Assembly (NCBI GenBank): GCA_964016885.1
Contig: OZ024742.1
Span: 263,190,001 to 263,254,000 of the forward strand
Reading direction: 5' to 3'
Source of the DNA: Eledone cirrhosa
Lineage: Eukaryota
DNA: 64,000 nucleotides
In this document: positions 29,279 through 43,202 of the stretch, in pieces
How the letters are laid out: each line of letters begins with the position of its first letter
How positions within the stretch are numbered: position 1 is the first letter of the stretch
Translations under genes and position numbers: made by a program
Notes under the pieces: model-generated
What the model saw: the letters and a program-made list of their open reading frames with translations, nothing else
Database searches by the model: none
What the model was told of the DNA's origin: nothing

Positions 29279-29631
29279 AAATGAAAATCCGAAGGCAAGG
29301 TAAAATTCCAATCATTTAATCACGACACATGTTTCAATAAGAGATAGATCGATTGTGAAGCCATGATCGATAATCACTGATCTCGTCAGGTGAAAATGAA
29401 TTGTCTTCAAATTCTTGATATGAGGGAGAAAAATAACATGAGGGAATGAATTCTGTGAGAGAACATCGTTATTTTTCTCCCTCATATCAAGAATTTGAAG
29501 ACAATTCATTTTCACCTGACGAGATCAGTGATTATCGATCATGGCTTCACAATCGATCTATCTCTTATTGAAACATGTGTCGTGATTAAATGATTGGAAT
29601 TTTACCTTGCCTTCGGATTTTCATTTTGATA
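29274..29631. mobile_element. Fold-back PLE-tail remnant with ~164-bp near-perfect arms and mirror-image hammerheads
   Basis: Arms 29274-29437 and 29468-29631; the tail continues to the TA tract at ~29760. Confidence 0.82.
29512..29585 (+). ncRNA. Minimal type I hammerhead (mirror copy at 29320-29393, - strand)
   Basis: TCAC-CTGACGA-long stem II (ATCGAT/ATCGAT core)-GAAA-CATGTG-TC-GTGA. Confidence 0.78.
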
Positions 29632-29759
29632 CTTATACTCCGTTGTACATCATCCCTTGAATGGAATTGGAGATATACAAAAGCGTGGAGAACTTAATAT
29701 TGCTAACATAAAGTTATTGGACCATTTTAAACAACCAATAATGCACCTTACTATATAAC

Positions 29760-29807
<48 letters not shown>

Positions 29808-30116
29808 AGCGAGAGACTCCTTGTCTTCATTAAGACACCTCTCTAGGAGAAGATCACTCTGATATAAAACCTGCGACTTCGTTTGCATCCAATGATGTAG
29901 ACCAGTTCTTCTTTTTGGGCAAATGCATTTGATGTTCAAAGAGAGATTGGCTCCGTGCAAAGCCTTTCCTCTTATTAAAAAACGCTTCAAGCACAAGCAT
30001 TGCTTGATATGTGACTTTTTTTTTTTTGTTGTCTTTTTTTGTTGGCCATAAGCAAATCCCTAGCAGGACTAAAAAGCCACGTCCGTGATACTTATGCAGC
30101 CATCATCATGTATGTA

Positions 30117-30187
<71 letters not shown>

Positions 30188-30442
30188 CATTGAAGTAGAA
30201 ATCAGTAGGTTAGAATTTGTCTCATTTATTTGTAACACAATCGTTGTTATACGTATTTCGATGGTAACTGTTATGTAGCTGTTACGACCTCATGAAACAG
30301 CTATTATGTGAACAAAGTTACACGAACAAAAATTATATGAATAAAATAATTTGAACAAAAATAAATAAAAATGCTTATACAGTTTCCATTCAGTGATATG
30401 CCACGGGTGAGTTATTGGTATTGTTTCCTCAAAGGTCTGCTG

Positions 30443-30473
<31 letters not shown>

Positions 30474-30483
30474 TGTATGTATG

Positions 30484-30535
<52 letters not shown>

Positions 30536-30538
<3 letters not shown>

Positions 30539-30712
30539 AATATTAATAAATTTAAAATATCTTTACAAAACCATATTTATTTTATTATACGTATTCTTAA
30601 CACCAAATATTATATATCTGACGAAAGCGTACTTAAATATTTGTACCCTTGAAATACGTATAATAAAATAAATATGGTTTTGTAAAGATATTTTCGATTT
30701 ATTAATATTGTT
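30536..30712 (+). mobile_element. Fold-back PLE-tail remnant with one complete hammerhead core at 30611-30670
   Basis: CTGACGA-AAGcGTAC...GTACcCTT-GAAA-TACGTA (palindrome)-TA-ATA; ~60-bp inverted arms. Confidence 0.75.
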
Positions 30713-30825
30713 AATATTAATGATACTCCAGATAAAAATTGGTAGAGTGCTTCTAATCTGTTGTAAAATTAACTTTGTTGAATAATCAACAAACCATATA
30801 ACTTATTGTTTATATATAAATATAT

Positions 30826-31281
30826 ATTTCGTTTCTGAATTTGTTTAGCAAGATTCTTTATCTGAAGTCGTGTGTTGAAACCGATATTGTTATACTTTGG
30901 GAGGGTCATGTTGCCAATAAGAAACACACGCACCAGTTGCTTTCACTTCAATTTATTATATATTTATAAATTTATAAATTTACAAATTTACAAACTTATA
31001 AATTATAAATTTCTGGTTGGTTGGTTGGTTCCACAACCAGATAGTTGTTTATATATAGTCATAGTCCTTTCGTCACACACTCTGTGACCTCTTCAGTGAC
31101 TGGGGAAAGGAAATAAACAACTATCTGGTTGTGGAACCAACCAACCAATCAGAAATTTATAATTTATAAGTTTGTAAATTTGTAAATTTATAAATTTATA
31201 AATATATAATAAATTGAAGTGAAAGCAACTGGTGCGTGTGTTTCTTATTGGCAACATGACCCTCCCAAAGTATAACAATAT
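30826..31281 (-). mobile_element. Solo pLTR fold-back of the 1913-5012 PLE family, with a hammerhead at 31057-31101
   Basis: Left arm is the reverse complement of 4804-5012 plus the long tail; right arm is 4862-5012; flanked by TA. Confidence 0.9.
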
Positions 31282-31460
31282 AAATATATATATATATATA
31301 TATATAAGTAGTTCCACAACTGTCTAAGAGCTGATGATCCAAATAAAGTGAAACATTTGTTCTCGGTATGGTGAACTAACTGTTGTGGAACTACTACTAC
31401 CAAACTCGTCCCATGGACTGAGTGCTCTACTACTACGGATATAACCCACCAATGTTCTAC

Positions 31461-31494
<34 letters not shown>

Positions 31495-32756
31495 AATTAA
31501 GTATTCTGGATTCGGACGAAATACTGTACCGAATATGAGACACTTCCCGCTGACCTCTCAGCTGGTTGTATGTTTTTGTCTCCCTCGACACTCTCGTGTT
31601 TAATATATGACTTACATAAACATTGGACTAGAAGAAATAACATATTTCCTACTTGTGGCATTATATGTCGTCTGCTTTTTTCCATACTCTCAAGATATAT
31701 ATTCTACTTTTATTAAAAGTCTCTTTTACAATGATCCATTTTATTTCAGCAGATATAATAAACATTATTCTGCCGGTATCCCATGGTTTTCGTATGAATT
31801 AAATATGTATATACTCAAAAACCTTTATTATTTCAATTAAATTTATGGGAGTGTATTGAAAGACTCTTTAGAGCGTCGGACAAAATGATTTGTGGTATTT
31901 AGTTATGGCCCTTTACGTTTGGTTTCAAATCATATCGAGATCAACTTTGCCTTTCATCCAGAGCCGATAAAATAAAGTACCAGTCAAGTTCTGGGGTCGA
32001 TATAATCGACTTCTCTTTTCCACAAAACTTGCTGACCTTTTGCCTAAATTAGAAACCACAATTTCAGTTAAATTATTTAAAATATAAGGTAAAATTTGCT
32101 TTTCATCCTTACAGGGTCGATAAAATAAAGCACCAGTAATGCACTGGGATAATTTCTGGCCTTGTGCCAAAAGTAGAAACAATTATTTCAGTTAAATTAT
32201 TTAAAATATAAGGTCTATTTGGTCAAACGTTCATATACTATAGTAAAAAATACAAATTTTGATAAGTTAACTTTGATGATCTGACTAATAGGTATTGTAT
32301 TTTAGGCGTCTACAAGTTAATGTGCACATGCAACATTATTACCGAAATCTTTAGTAAATGCCGAATAATGTGGTTTTGAGGGTGATAATTATTTTCCTTG
32401 CAATATATGTGTGTATTTTTTTGCCAAATCGTCCATGCCCCATTTTTTTATCATGATGGCAACTATTACTGTCTTAGTATCAAACCGTTGACTAAGACAG
32501 GAATTGAAGACTACGACACTGCTTAACACCTTATTCAGCAGTGTTATGGTAGCCACACGTTTCTGATATTTCTAAGACTGACCTTGGTTGTCTTCATTCT
32601 CACAAAAACCTACAATGAGGACAACTGAAATCTCTCGGTGTGTCGACTATTTTCCCAGTACTTATTGCCCCCTCCCCCCTACATGATTCCTGCCAAAAGG
32701 TGAGGATGAAACAGTGAATAAAGACTTAGAGTATGTAAGCGTTCTTTGGTTTCTTT

Positions 32757-32818
<62 letters not shown>

Positions 32819-34569
32819 TCACTACAAATATCACTATACTAAAAAGTGAGGCGTTCTTCTAACTTAACTTATTCTGATAGTGATATCCGAAAGTGTTATT
32901 TATACTTATTACAATTGCGAACAGCATGTCAGGAAAGGAAATATGTTTTTTTAATTTCAAAAAATTCGATCAAGCAATCCGTTGAGCATGGTTTCACTAA
33001 CATTAGATGTCGAACTAGTAACACTAACAATACAATTTTTAAGCGTGCTAAAACTCAAAATATTGAAACCCAAATAAGGAAATATCGGCTTCACACATTG
33101 TATCTATAATTGTTTCTACTTTTTGGCACAAGGCCAGCAATTACCCAGTGTATTAGTGGTACTTTATTTTATCGACCCCATAAGGATGAAAGGCAAAGTT
33201 AACCTCGGCAGGATTTGAACTCAGAATGGCAAAGGCCGTAACTCTATGCGTCAAAGCATGTCGTCCAACCCTCTACCGATACTGCCAATCCACCGCCCTT
33301 ACATATTGTATTGTAATACATACACATTGTATCTATAATATTAATCTGTTTGTCACGACATATGTTCGATTGTTATACTTTTAACAACCATATATATATA
33401 TATGATGCACACATTAGGACATAGCAAAATACAGTTTAGAACCTGGGTTGTATACACACGTATCAATTTATGCCTATAACCTTTGGGGTCAAAAGCTATC
33501 AACTGAAAAGTTCCTCCGCTTATAACAATTTACGTTACGTAAACATGACAGTTGATCTCTTTTAGATTTACTAAAGGAGGATTTGAATTGAAACTCTCCT
33601 CGGTTGTTCGATAATGTATAATATGCTGTTTCTAGACATGTTATCTGTGAATGTCACCTATCTAGAGCTCTGTTCAAGGCTTTGAAAGAACCAAATATCC
33701 ATGTAGACGTAATGCAAACAACGGTCACAAGTCTGAGGCTCACTTGCAATTATTTCCGAAAGTTATTCTTAATGTAAACTCACTTAAAAAAAAAGATCTG
33801 AAGTTTTCAATAATCTTATAAATAATAGAAACCATCAGTATAAAACAATAAACATAGTGTTTTATTTTAAAACAAAAACCAACTTCTACTGGTTCATTGA
33901 ATCATGTAATACGCATTTTCTCATATACGCATTTTATACGGCATTCGCAAATAGATTATAGTGACAATCTCGTGTAAGTCAGTGCTTTTCTACCTGTTAT
34001 TATTTATTTATTTATTTGCTACTGTTGCTTTGTTGTTTCAGTGAAAAGAACCGCACTGCCGTCAAGTTTGGCCTTTGTTATGGGTTATCAGTGTCCGGGA
34101 GCAAAAATGTTTTGGTGCTACCGCCTTAATTAACAGACATAAGCTAGGAGAGATGTTATACCCCTCCACACCTGCATCTGGGGGCGATTACACCGCCCTC
34201 TTGTAATGCATCTAAGTTAATACCTCTTGGTGAAAAGGTGGTACCACACACAAACATATAAAAGAATTGACGCCTGTTGCCAGCCGTGTGATGTATGAGT
34301 ATGTTGGACAGCCATGACAGCAACTAAAATGTGCCTCATGATATGCATTCCTTTGTCTGCTCAATCGTCAATGTTTCTTTAGTCTAACGGCCAGTTTCTT
34401 CAAACTAGAGTCTGCATTCCATTTTATTGATCGTGATGTTGGTTACATTTATTATGTGGTAATTTGTTAGCTCTCCGCTTTCTCTTTTTCTCTCTCTCAC
34501 ACACGTAAACATTCATGCACGTATTTTCTGTTATCCATTTTTCTATTAACTTTCGTATAGCTGTCGTTG

Positions 34570-35850
34570 CTGTTAGCCCTCAGACAGTCTCGATGAGAGA
34601 ACCTATGATCAAAACTCTTCCAGTTATGACCATTCTGTCTTTTTATGACTGAATTGTACGTGTCAGTTTATTTTTTAAAGACAGTTGGGTGTAATGTGAG
34701 GAAGAGTTGGCTACTATCTGAAGTTGAATGTCCGTATAGAAGTTCCTTCATTTACTCGTCGAGTTTTGTTACGTTATTTAGACCCAGGTTAGAAATCATC
34801 GAGCAAACCTATGATTAAAGGCGTCACATCCATGACCATCATGTTTTTTATTGAAACAATGTGTCTAAAGCTACATTATCCAATGTGTTCTATATTTTTA
34901 AAGACAATACGGTGTAATTTGAGAGAGATTTGGCTGCTGTTTCTAGCAGGTCGAGTAATCAAGTAGAAGGCCCCCTCTGGCGGTGGTATGTTGAAATTTT
35001 AAACAACAAAATCACTAGAACTGTTAAGACCAAATATACATTGTACAGCTAAAACAGATATTAAATATTTCTCATCGAGGTTTACATTAACATTTTTCTA
35101 ATGATTAATGTTTAAATCTATATTTTCCGAACTTCATTAGTTTCGCATTTAATGTTTTGATAAAATGTCTATTACCCATGTGACCTGTTGCGAGTTTTTG
35201 TGGCCGTAAGTTGATTCGAGTACATTTTTGGGTGAAATAATTGGTGAGTAATGCTTAATGTTAGTTTCGTTAATTTATTTTCACACACACACACATATAT
35301 ATAGTATGTATATGTGTTAACCTCAACCTATATTTTTGAGGGGTAATCATTGCGTGTTGCTGGGGTGGCTGCTTAGCCCCTTATAATCTTCGATCAAGTA
35401 GACTTCTGATAAAACCGCTCCTGTGTCACCATCCTGTCTTTGTGTGTATGTATGTATATTATATATATATATATATGACTGCCTTGTCCAATGTGTGTGT
35501 TTTTTTGTTTTTTTTCAAGACAGTAGAATTTATTTGAAGAAATTTAGCTATTAATTGTAACAAGTCTTGCGACGGCATAGATGATCTTCCATTGAGTCAT
35601 GTTACTGTGGTATTTTTTGGTGTATGGTAGTATTGTTAGTCGTGGGAGCTAGTGTTAGTAGTCTTAATGTGATGTATTAATTCCTGGTCAACCGTTATCG
35701 AGCACACTTTGAATAAAGTTTTTTTTCCTCCACTCTTTTATTCAGACAGTATATCTAGGACTGTGCATTCCAAACACTCCTTTCTTTAAAAAGCTGGTAC
35801 TGTGTGATTTGAGGGGACTTTGACTGGTGTGCTGTGCAGGTCGAGTGGAA
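34570..35850 (+). repeat. Cluster of about 4 diverged copies of an unclassified ~200-bp interspersed repeat
   Basis: Recurrent TTAGCCC...ACCTATGATCAAA...TGACCAT...GATTTGGCTGCT.TTTCTAGC; related copies near 17570, 17970, 37555 and 39640 (-). Confidence 0.6.
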
Positions 35851-37804
35851 CGACACTTGTTATTAGCCAATTATGCCTTAGTTCAAATCCCGCCGAGGTT
35901 GACTTTGCCTTTCATCCTTACGGGGTCGATAAAATAAAGTACCAGTAATGCACTGGATAATTGCTGGCCTTGTGCCTAAAGTAGAAACAATTATACCTTT
36001 CATCCTTCAGGGATTTATAAAATAAAGTACCAGTCAAGTGGTAGGTCAATTAAATCGATTAACCCCCGAATTTTTGGTCTTCTATGTTAGAAACAATTAT
36101 TATAAGGGCGATGAATTAGCCAAATCGTTTTACATTCTGAACTTACCCCCCAAGTTAAAATTGCTTTTCAGCCATCCAGAGTAGATAAAATACAGTACTA
36201 GTGATGTACTGAGTTCGATTTAATCGATTATTAACTTCTGCGTTAAGCCTCTGGCGATGGTGCTGATAGTTGTGTGAATTGTTGATATTGTCGATTATGT
36301 GTTGGTGTCAGCAGCGTTAATATTAGTATTGGGATTACTATTATTTTAAATACACAGCTATCAGTGTCATTGCTAAAAAAAAATCGTTTCTAACATAAGC
36401 ACAACACAGAAATTGAAGGTGGGGGTAGTCGTTTAACGTTTAGCTAAGGGGCTTCAAATATCAATATTTACCAGAGGGTAAATTTGCTAATTCTGGATTT
36501 GGACATTTTTTCAATCATAATTAAAACAATCTGAAGTAGAGAAGAAAAATTAAAACCATTTAGTTAACTACAGACCCAGGCTAACATATTTTATTTATTA
36601 AAATACTTATTTGGTAAGGGAGTGGTTAACATACAAATAAACAATTTGTGTTTTTTAAAAAGATAGAAAACACGCACACTCATTCACACGCTACATGAAC
36701 GCTGGAATTGTCTTGTAATAATATTTTGAGGAAAGCCAACACACTCGCAGCATTGACACGGGTTATAGAGAGGCTGGAATGTTGAAATAACCGAGCACCC
36801 TCGCTGGTACCACCTGATAAATCGGTAAGGCGAGCCTCCAACAATGACAAAAACCCCTTGTCAGCCGTCCACTTCTCCTAAACGTCCTGAACGCTGAAAC
36901 AAATATTTTCCGATAATTACTGGTATTTTAGAATTTTATTCTGTTCTGCTAATTTTTTTTTTTTATATACTGTTTTGGACTTAATCTATATGAGTTTCAT
37001 TGACTAATCAGTATGTGATCTCGGTACTGGTATCTATTCATCATTATTCCCGAACTTTGCCTTTCATCTTTACGGGGTCGATAAAATAAAGTACCAGTAA
37101 TACACTGGGATAAGGCTGGCCTTGTGCCAAAAGTAGAAACAATTATTTGTTCATAAGTAAATTGCTTTGTGCTATTATTGATATTTGAAATTAAGATAAT
37201 GTTAAAATCAGTATTTTAAAATTCCCCTTTTGTCACTTACTGTATTATATTAGGGAATAAATTTACTTTTGAAAAAGTTGCCACAGGGTAACCGGTGCAA
37301 AAACTATTGGGAACCCTGTCTCTCATTTACCTTGTCTACATATTCTAGTGGAAAGAATACCTTTGATTTTATCCTATGAAAACTAACGGCAATTAAAGAA
37401 ATATTGCTAGGTATATGACGCAAGCGATTTCAAAGACCTAGTCTTCGGTAATGCAGTGATTGATTAACATTTTAAAAAAAAGGTAACTGAAGCTAGATAC
37501 CTATAGTCAGTCATCCCATCCAATGTGTCATGTTTTTGATATGAAAGGATGCTTGCTATTTGAGAAATTTGGCTGCTATTTCTAGCAAGGCAAGTGACTA
37601 CATAACAGGTGTCATTTTTTTAATGGATGTGGTAGTGTGGCACAGTATTTATAACCAACAGGTTATATATATAGATAGAGACATTTTGCTGTGGGTGGAT
37701 CTGCCGATCTTCAATTGGTCACACCAGTTACCAGTGTGCATGCATGCAAGGAGGGCAATCAAGACTCAACCTTTAGGTATCTTCATATCGAAGTCACCGC
37801 CATC

Positions 37805-37852
<48 letters not shown>

Positions 37853-38052
37853 ATATATATATATATAAAGAGGGAGAAGAGCATGTGTGTGTTGATGTAT
37901 TTACTTTTGTTTCTCTAAACAATTTTCCTAACTTTTTTCATTATTTTTCTTTTTCATAATCCAATAGTCTGGTAGATTCGGTGTACAATCAAATAAACAG
38001 ATGACCAAAATATCAAGATCACCATTATGGAAGATCCTTAAGGGGATTTCTA

Positions 38053-38771
38053 TTGAATGGCTTCACTATTAATCCCAGCCCTTTTAAACAGAAGACTTGC
38101 AAGAGGATTTATGATACTACAAATAACAAGTCAGTTGGCATTAAAATCCCAAATGTTACTTATATAAAACAAGCAGTTAAAACAGTTGCAGTCCTTGTAA
38201 ATCAAAAGCTCAAAGCAAGTCCAATGGTCTTAGTAACTTCCAATAAAAGTAAATCACCCAAAGTATCTACTGACAAGATACTAATGGCAACTTCACCATT
38301 ATTGTCATCTCATCAGGTGACTAGAACATGTAAAAAAACACAGAGAAAAACTTATATGACAATGAATGGAACTTCTCCTAAAACTCCCCGGGCCACTTCC
38401 ACACCAACTTCTGCAAAGGCCCAGATTTCCAAGAAGACTATTGTTGAAAATGGTTTTCACCGGAATGGATTTATATCATCACTCGCCAAGAATGAAAGGA
38501 AATTTTCACCTGTAAAACCAAAGAGTATCTCTGACAAGAAACAAAAATCTCAAAATTCAAAAAAAGTGAAAGAATCACCAAAAAAACTTTCCACACATTC
38601 AGTATCTACAAGTAAAACTAAAACTAAAAGTAATATTTGCAGAACTAAGCGCCAACAGGCTGCAATGAATAAATTAGATACTGAGAAGAAACGTGTTAAG
38701 GTGTCATTGAGAAAGAAGCTGACTGAAGCCAAATCTATAAGTCCAGCTGCAAAGTTCAGGAAGAGAGTGAA
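38053..38771 (+). CDS. Ankyrin-domain gene: large basic Ser/Thr/Lys-rich exon (5' boundary and start uncertain; first in-frame ATG at 38224)
   Basis: 240-codon open frame ending in GTGAA|GTAAGT (phase 2); polypyrimidine tract and AG near 37967-37975. Confidence 0.72.
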
Positions 38772-41252
38772 GTAAGTATTTATTTTCTTTCTAAAGTAGT
38801 TTTGACAGCAGCTATACAAGAGTTTATCTTAGCCAAATATTTCTATGCAACTATTGCATAACTGGATCATACTGATTTAGAGATTAAAATCTTCAACAAC
38901 ACATCTGCATAAGTATAGTTATTGTTCAATTAATTAATTATTAGTACTTTTTAAATATATTATAATAGTTTTAACAGGAAAATACTTTTAAAAGCAAAAT
39001 ACTTTTATTTCATGTTGCTCTTCTGCTAGGAATTACATCCCGTATATAGTATCAGCAATGGAAATACCAATAGAAATATTGTTTTCTTGGTATAATCTAA
39101 CAATCAGCTCCTTACTTCTTTTGTGTTTGTTGTGGAACTTTTTTGTTGTTGTTGTTGTTTTTTTCAATCAGGTGTATCTGGAAGTAATTGTCCTGCTCAG
39201 AGAGATAGCACAATGACTGTAATAAGGTCTGAAATTATGACCATGTGGTCAGTAGTTCAGCCACTTAAACTCACAACCACTCTGCCTTTTGTATGTATGT
39301 GTGTTTGCTTGTTTCTGTGATTAACATTGGGAAGGGCATCCAATCATAGAAACCATGTCAATGAATGTATTGAGTAAAGACAGTATCGTCGATCAAGTAT
39401 TTATTTGGTCTGTAATGACACATCCAACCCATGCCAGCATGGAAAAATTAACATAAAATGATGTACAGGCACACACAAAGATAGTAGAAAACAGAAACAG
39501 TAGAACAAAACATGTTATTTGCCTTCTCTGTTTGACAACATGCTCCACTCTAACTTCATGGTTGATTAGTTAGTGGTGAGCTAAAGACATTTTACTGTAC
39601 AAAACTACATATATTAAACAACAATTAGCCAAGAGAGCCACTATGCAGTTACTCAACCTGTTAGAAGGTCAATTAAATCTTCTTTAAATCGCATCTCACT
39701 AACTTAAATCTAATTCAAGATACATTGTCTGAACAAAGGGTTGGATGCCCATGCCTGGAACTCTTTGATTATAGGTTTGCTTGATTAAGATTAGTTTAGA
39801 ACTAACCGACAACTACATTTAAGTCTAGTACATTTATCAGTCTACCTGAGATTCTACTGTAACCTTTGAACACCCATTACTTGCATTGAGTGAGCAGTAT
39901 TGAGTTTTTACTTACTCTTATTATTAGTAATAACATTATATCCCTATGTGTTGTAAATTGCAACTAAAAGGCTTGGTGTCAGGAAGGGCATCCAACTGTA
40001 AAACATGGCCTTAGAAAGTCCCATCCAACCCAACCCAGCATGGAAAAGTCAACTTAAAAGGATGATCCTGATACGTATTTGTTTTTTTAAAAATAGCTTA
40101 TACTGAGGGACACTCCCTTCATTAGCTAGTGACAGGAGATCACAATGATCTTGACTCCTTCCAACAATATCACCCCTCCAACCTTCAAGCAGTGCTGACT
40201 AACATTGATATTATCAGGAAATGTACGAGTCATTTTGACCCACACTAATGCAACCATCACACTGGGGGCAGCTGTAACAACTCCAACCATGAAACAACTA
40301 TTTTATATGCATTCTGTGCTTCATTCCTGCAGAGGAGGACTTTGCCTTTTAGCCATCCGATGTCAATAAAATAATGATTTCTAATTTAGGCAAACACCAG
40401 TAATTTGGGAAAAAGAAAGTTGATTATATTGGCCCCAGTACTTTCCTGGTACTTTATTTTATCAACCCCTGAAAGATGAAAGGTAAAGTTGACCTGAATG
40501 GGATTTTAACAAAGAAAGTAAAGGACTGTAACTAAATGCTAAAAAGCATTTTGTCTGATGCTCTAATGATTCTGCCCATTCGCTACCCTCAATGCCAATT
40601 AAATACTGGGATTATTTTAATCAACTGTTCTCTTCACAAAATGGCGTTGTCCTTGTGTAAATAATAACTATTATTTTAGACAATGCCCATAAATTTTGCT
40701 GTCCTTTCTAGGTGGTGTGGTTAATGTTGATGTTCAGTTTGAACTTTGTGTAGGTCAATGCTTGTAAAGAAACCACAGACAACAAGGGAGATGTAGAGGT
40801 CTACAGTTGTGTTGAAAGTGCTAACTACAAGATTTAAAGCTGAGATAGATTAGGGATGATGGAAAACGGATGTATTGGATGTACTTAGACAGACAATGGT
40901 AATACACAAATTGTTTGTTCAGAGGAACAGAAGCCATTAGGATAGTAGAAGAGGTAGAGGAAAGATATTTCATATCAGTATACCAATGAGTTAGTGGTTA
41001 AAGTGACACTTTTTAATGCTTGTAAAAATTTGGCATAAATGAATGCTATACCTTCAAACTTTGTTTCTTTTTTCTTGTAATTGTGAGGTTTTGGGCCTGT
41101 GTAAAAAACAATAATAAATTACATCAATAAAGCCTTTGAAAATGGTTTTGTCATATTTTGTCGTTACCCTTTTTTACATATCTAGATCCTTGTGTTTGTA
41201 TAAGAAGTGAACTTTGGTGTTCTTATTGTTTACTATTTTTTTTCTGTTACAG

Positions 41253-41312
41253 GTCCAATCTAAATATGCGCAAAACAATTTCCCATGTTCAACCTTCTCC
41301 TCAGAGTACAGC
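41253..41312 (+). CDS. Ankyrin-domain gene exon, 60 nt (SNLNMRKTISHVQPSPQST)
   Basis: ttacAG...GTaaat; phase 2-2; open frame. Confidence 0.65.
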
Positions 41313-41856
41313 GTAAATATCTATCTATATATCTAATATTTACTACATGTCGCATTTTATGTGTCTGTGTTTGTATTCACGTTGAACTGTAAGCACCTGG
41401 GACAGAGGATGCTTGAGTTAGAAAACACATTAATTGATGATGATGATGATATTTGTGTGTGTGTATAAACGGTATCAACATTGAGTACAGAGGACTCTTC
41501 AGTATGTGTGTATGTATATACATATATATGTATATATACAATATTTAAATATATTATTTGGAATACTGTACAGTATGTTTACCAATAAACACAGTATCAT
41601 CATCACCATTTAATGTCTATATGAAATCATATATGTTTAAAAGTTATTTAGTCTTGTAGAATAAATAATTGTTTCTACTTTTGGCACAAGGCCAGCAATT
41701 TCCCCAGTGTATTACTGGTACTTTATTTTATCAACCCTGTAAGGATAAAAGGCAAAGTTAACCATGACGGGGTATGAACTCAGGCCATAAAGGGCTGTAA
41801 CTCTTTGCTGCAGAGCATGGCGTCCAACCCTCTTCCAATACTGCCAATCCACCGCC

Positions 41857-41892
41857 AAAAGTCTGATGTTCTACCGACTGAGCTATGCGGGC
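41857..41892 (-). pseudogene. tRNA-Lys(UUU) 5' half (nt 1-36) fused to a SINE head
   Basis: Reverse complement GCCCGCATAGCTCAGTCGGTAGAACATCAGACTTTT compared with typical animal tRNA-Lys GCCCGGATAGCTCAGTCGGTAGAGCATCAGACTTTT. Confidence 0.85.
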
Positions 41893-43202
41893 GGACGAAT
41901 AAATAATATTGGGTTTATAGATCAGCAACCCAGTATTCTTTGCCTGTTTATGCTTACTGGAAGTAGTGTATCATCACCATCGTTATTTAATGTGTTTTCC
42001 TGCTAGCAAGGATTGCACAGGTTGTCACAGTCTAAGTCAGTACTTACTCAGAGCTACAGACCTCTTTAATTGTCTGGGAGCCTGCTTATTGCTTACATAT
42101 GTTTCTGCACTCTACAGAGTGTGCTGAGTACATTTTATTGTGGCATCATCACTAGGATGGTTATCATGTCTTTGACACTGCTGAAGAGTCATTCCAACCC
42201 TTTATTTAGCACATTTTCTACAGCTGGATGCCCTTCCTAGCTCTTGCATTTGTATAATTATCAATAACAAATTACTGAACAATTCAAATAACCAATGGCT
42301 TCAGTTGTAAGAAGTAGTGTTAAGAAAAATTATTGGTGAGGGATAGTTCCCTAACGAATCAGTGATGAGGAGCAAAATTTCATTTATTAGGTAGATGCTT
42401 TTTATTTGGGGTGGGGGTATATTCTATACTGTTTCTCTGCTGAAGATATATTCTATACTGTTTCTCTGCTGTTTGGGTACACTGCCACACACGAGGGAGC
42501 AGTATTCTTGTATACAGCTTTTATTTGTGGATTACATAATATCAACAGTTACTGAAGGCTAAAATGTAAAATTTAAGTAATACCTTGAGACTCTTATAAG
42601 AACCCATACATAACTCCAGTTTTGTATGAAAAAAGATAAATCTTCAAGAGAATGTTATCACAGATAACATTCTCTTATAATGTCTCTAATGAACTGATAT
42701 ATGCTGTAGGGAAAATGTCAGCAGTAAATTTGAACTCCTTGCTTATAAGTAAGTAGTCCAATATCAAATCAACTCTGGTATTTTTAAGAACTAAAATATT
42801 TTCTAATTCTGACAAGTATTTTTACACTACTAAAATCTTGTTATAGTTAATAAATTTCAGAGTATATAGTGTAAAACACTAAACTTTAAGAAAACAAGTG
42901 ATGATCTGCATTGGTAAAATACAGCTAATAAAAACGAGATATATTTGTATGCTGTGAGGAATTGTGGGTTTTGATGTTTCAGGCAGAATCTTTCTTTGAA
43001 GAAATAATTTTTCAATTAATTTAAGAATATATATTTAACCTTGCTCTGAAATCTTGGGATTAAATACAGATTTGATTGCTGGAGGATTGTGATTTAAACT
43101 TAGTTGGGTCCTATCCAGTTTTCATACAATCATAATCATACATGCTCACTTATTCAGATTTTTTGCATTGGTTAACTATTTATACTTTTTATTCTGTTGT
43201 AG

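Noticed and set aside
31328-31364. GAG-CTGATGA...GAAA-CATTTG-TT-CTC
   Set aside because: Stem II does not pair, so it is counted only as degenerate and not listed as a ribozyme feature.
32469-32560. H/ACA snoRNA (hairpin-AGACTA-hairpin-ACA)
   Set aside because: The hairpins are too short, lack pseudouridylation pockets, and the H box overlaps a stem.
37661-37776. Possible upstream exon of the ankyrin gene
   Set aside because: The acceptor is weak, and no frame-consistent join to the 38053 frame exists through the obvious acceptor because of an in-frame TGA at 38002-38004.
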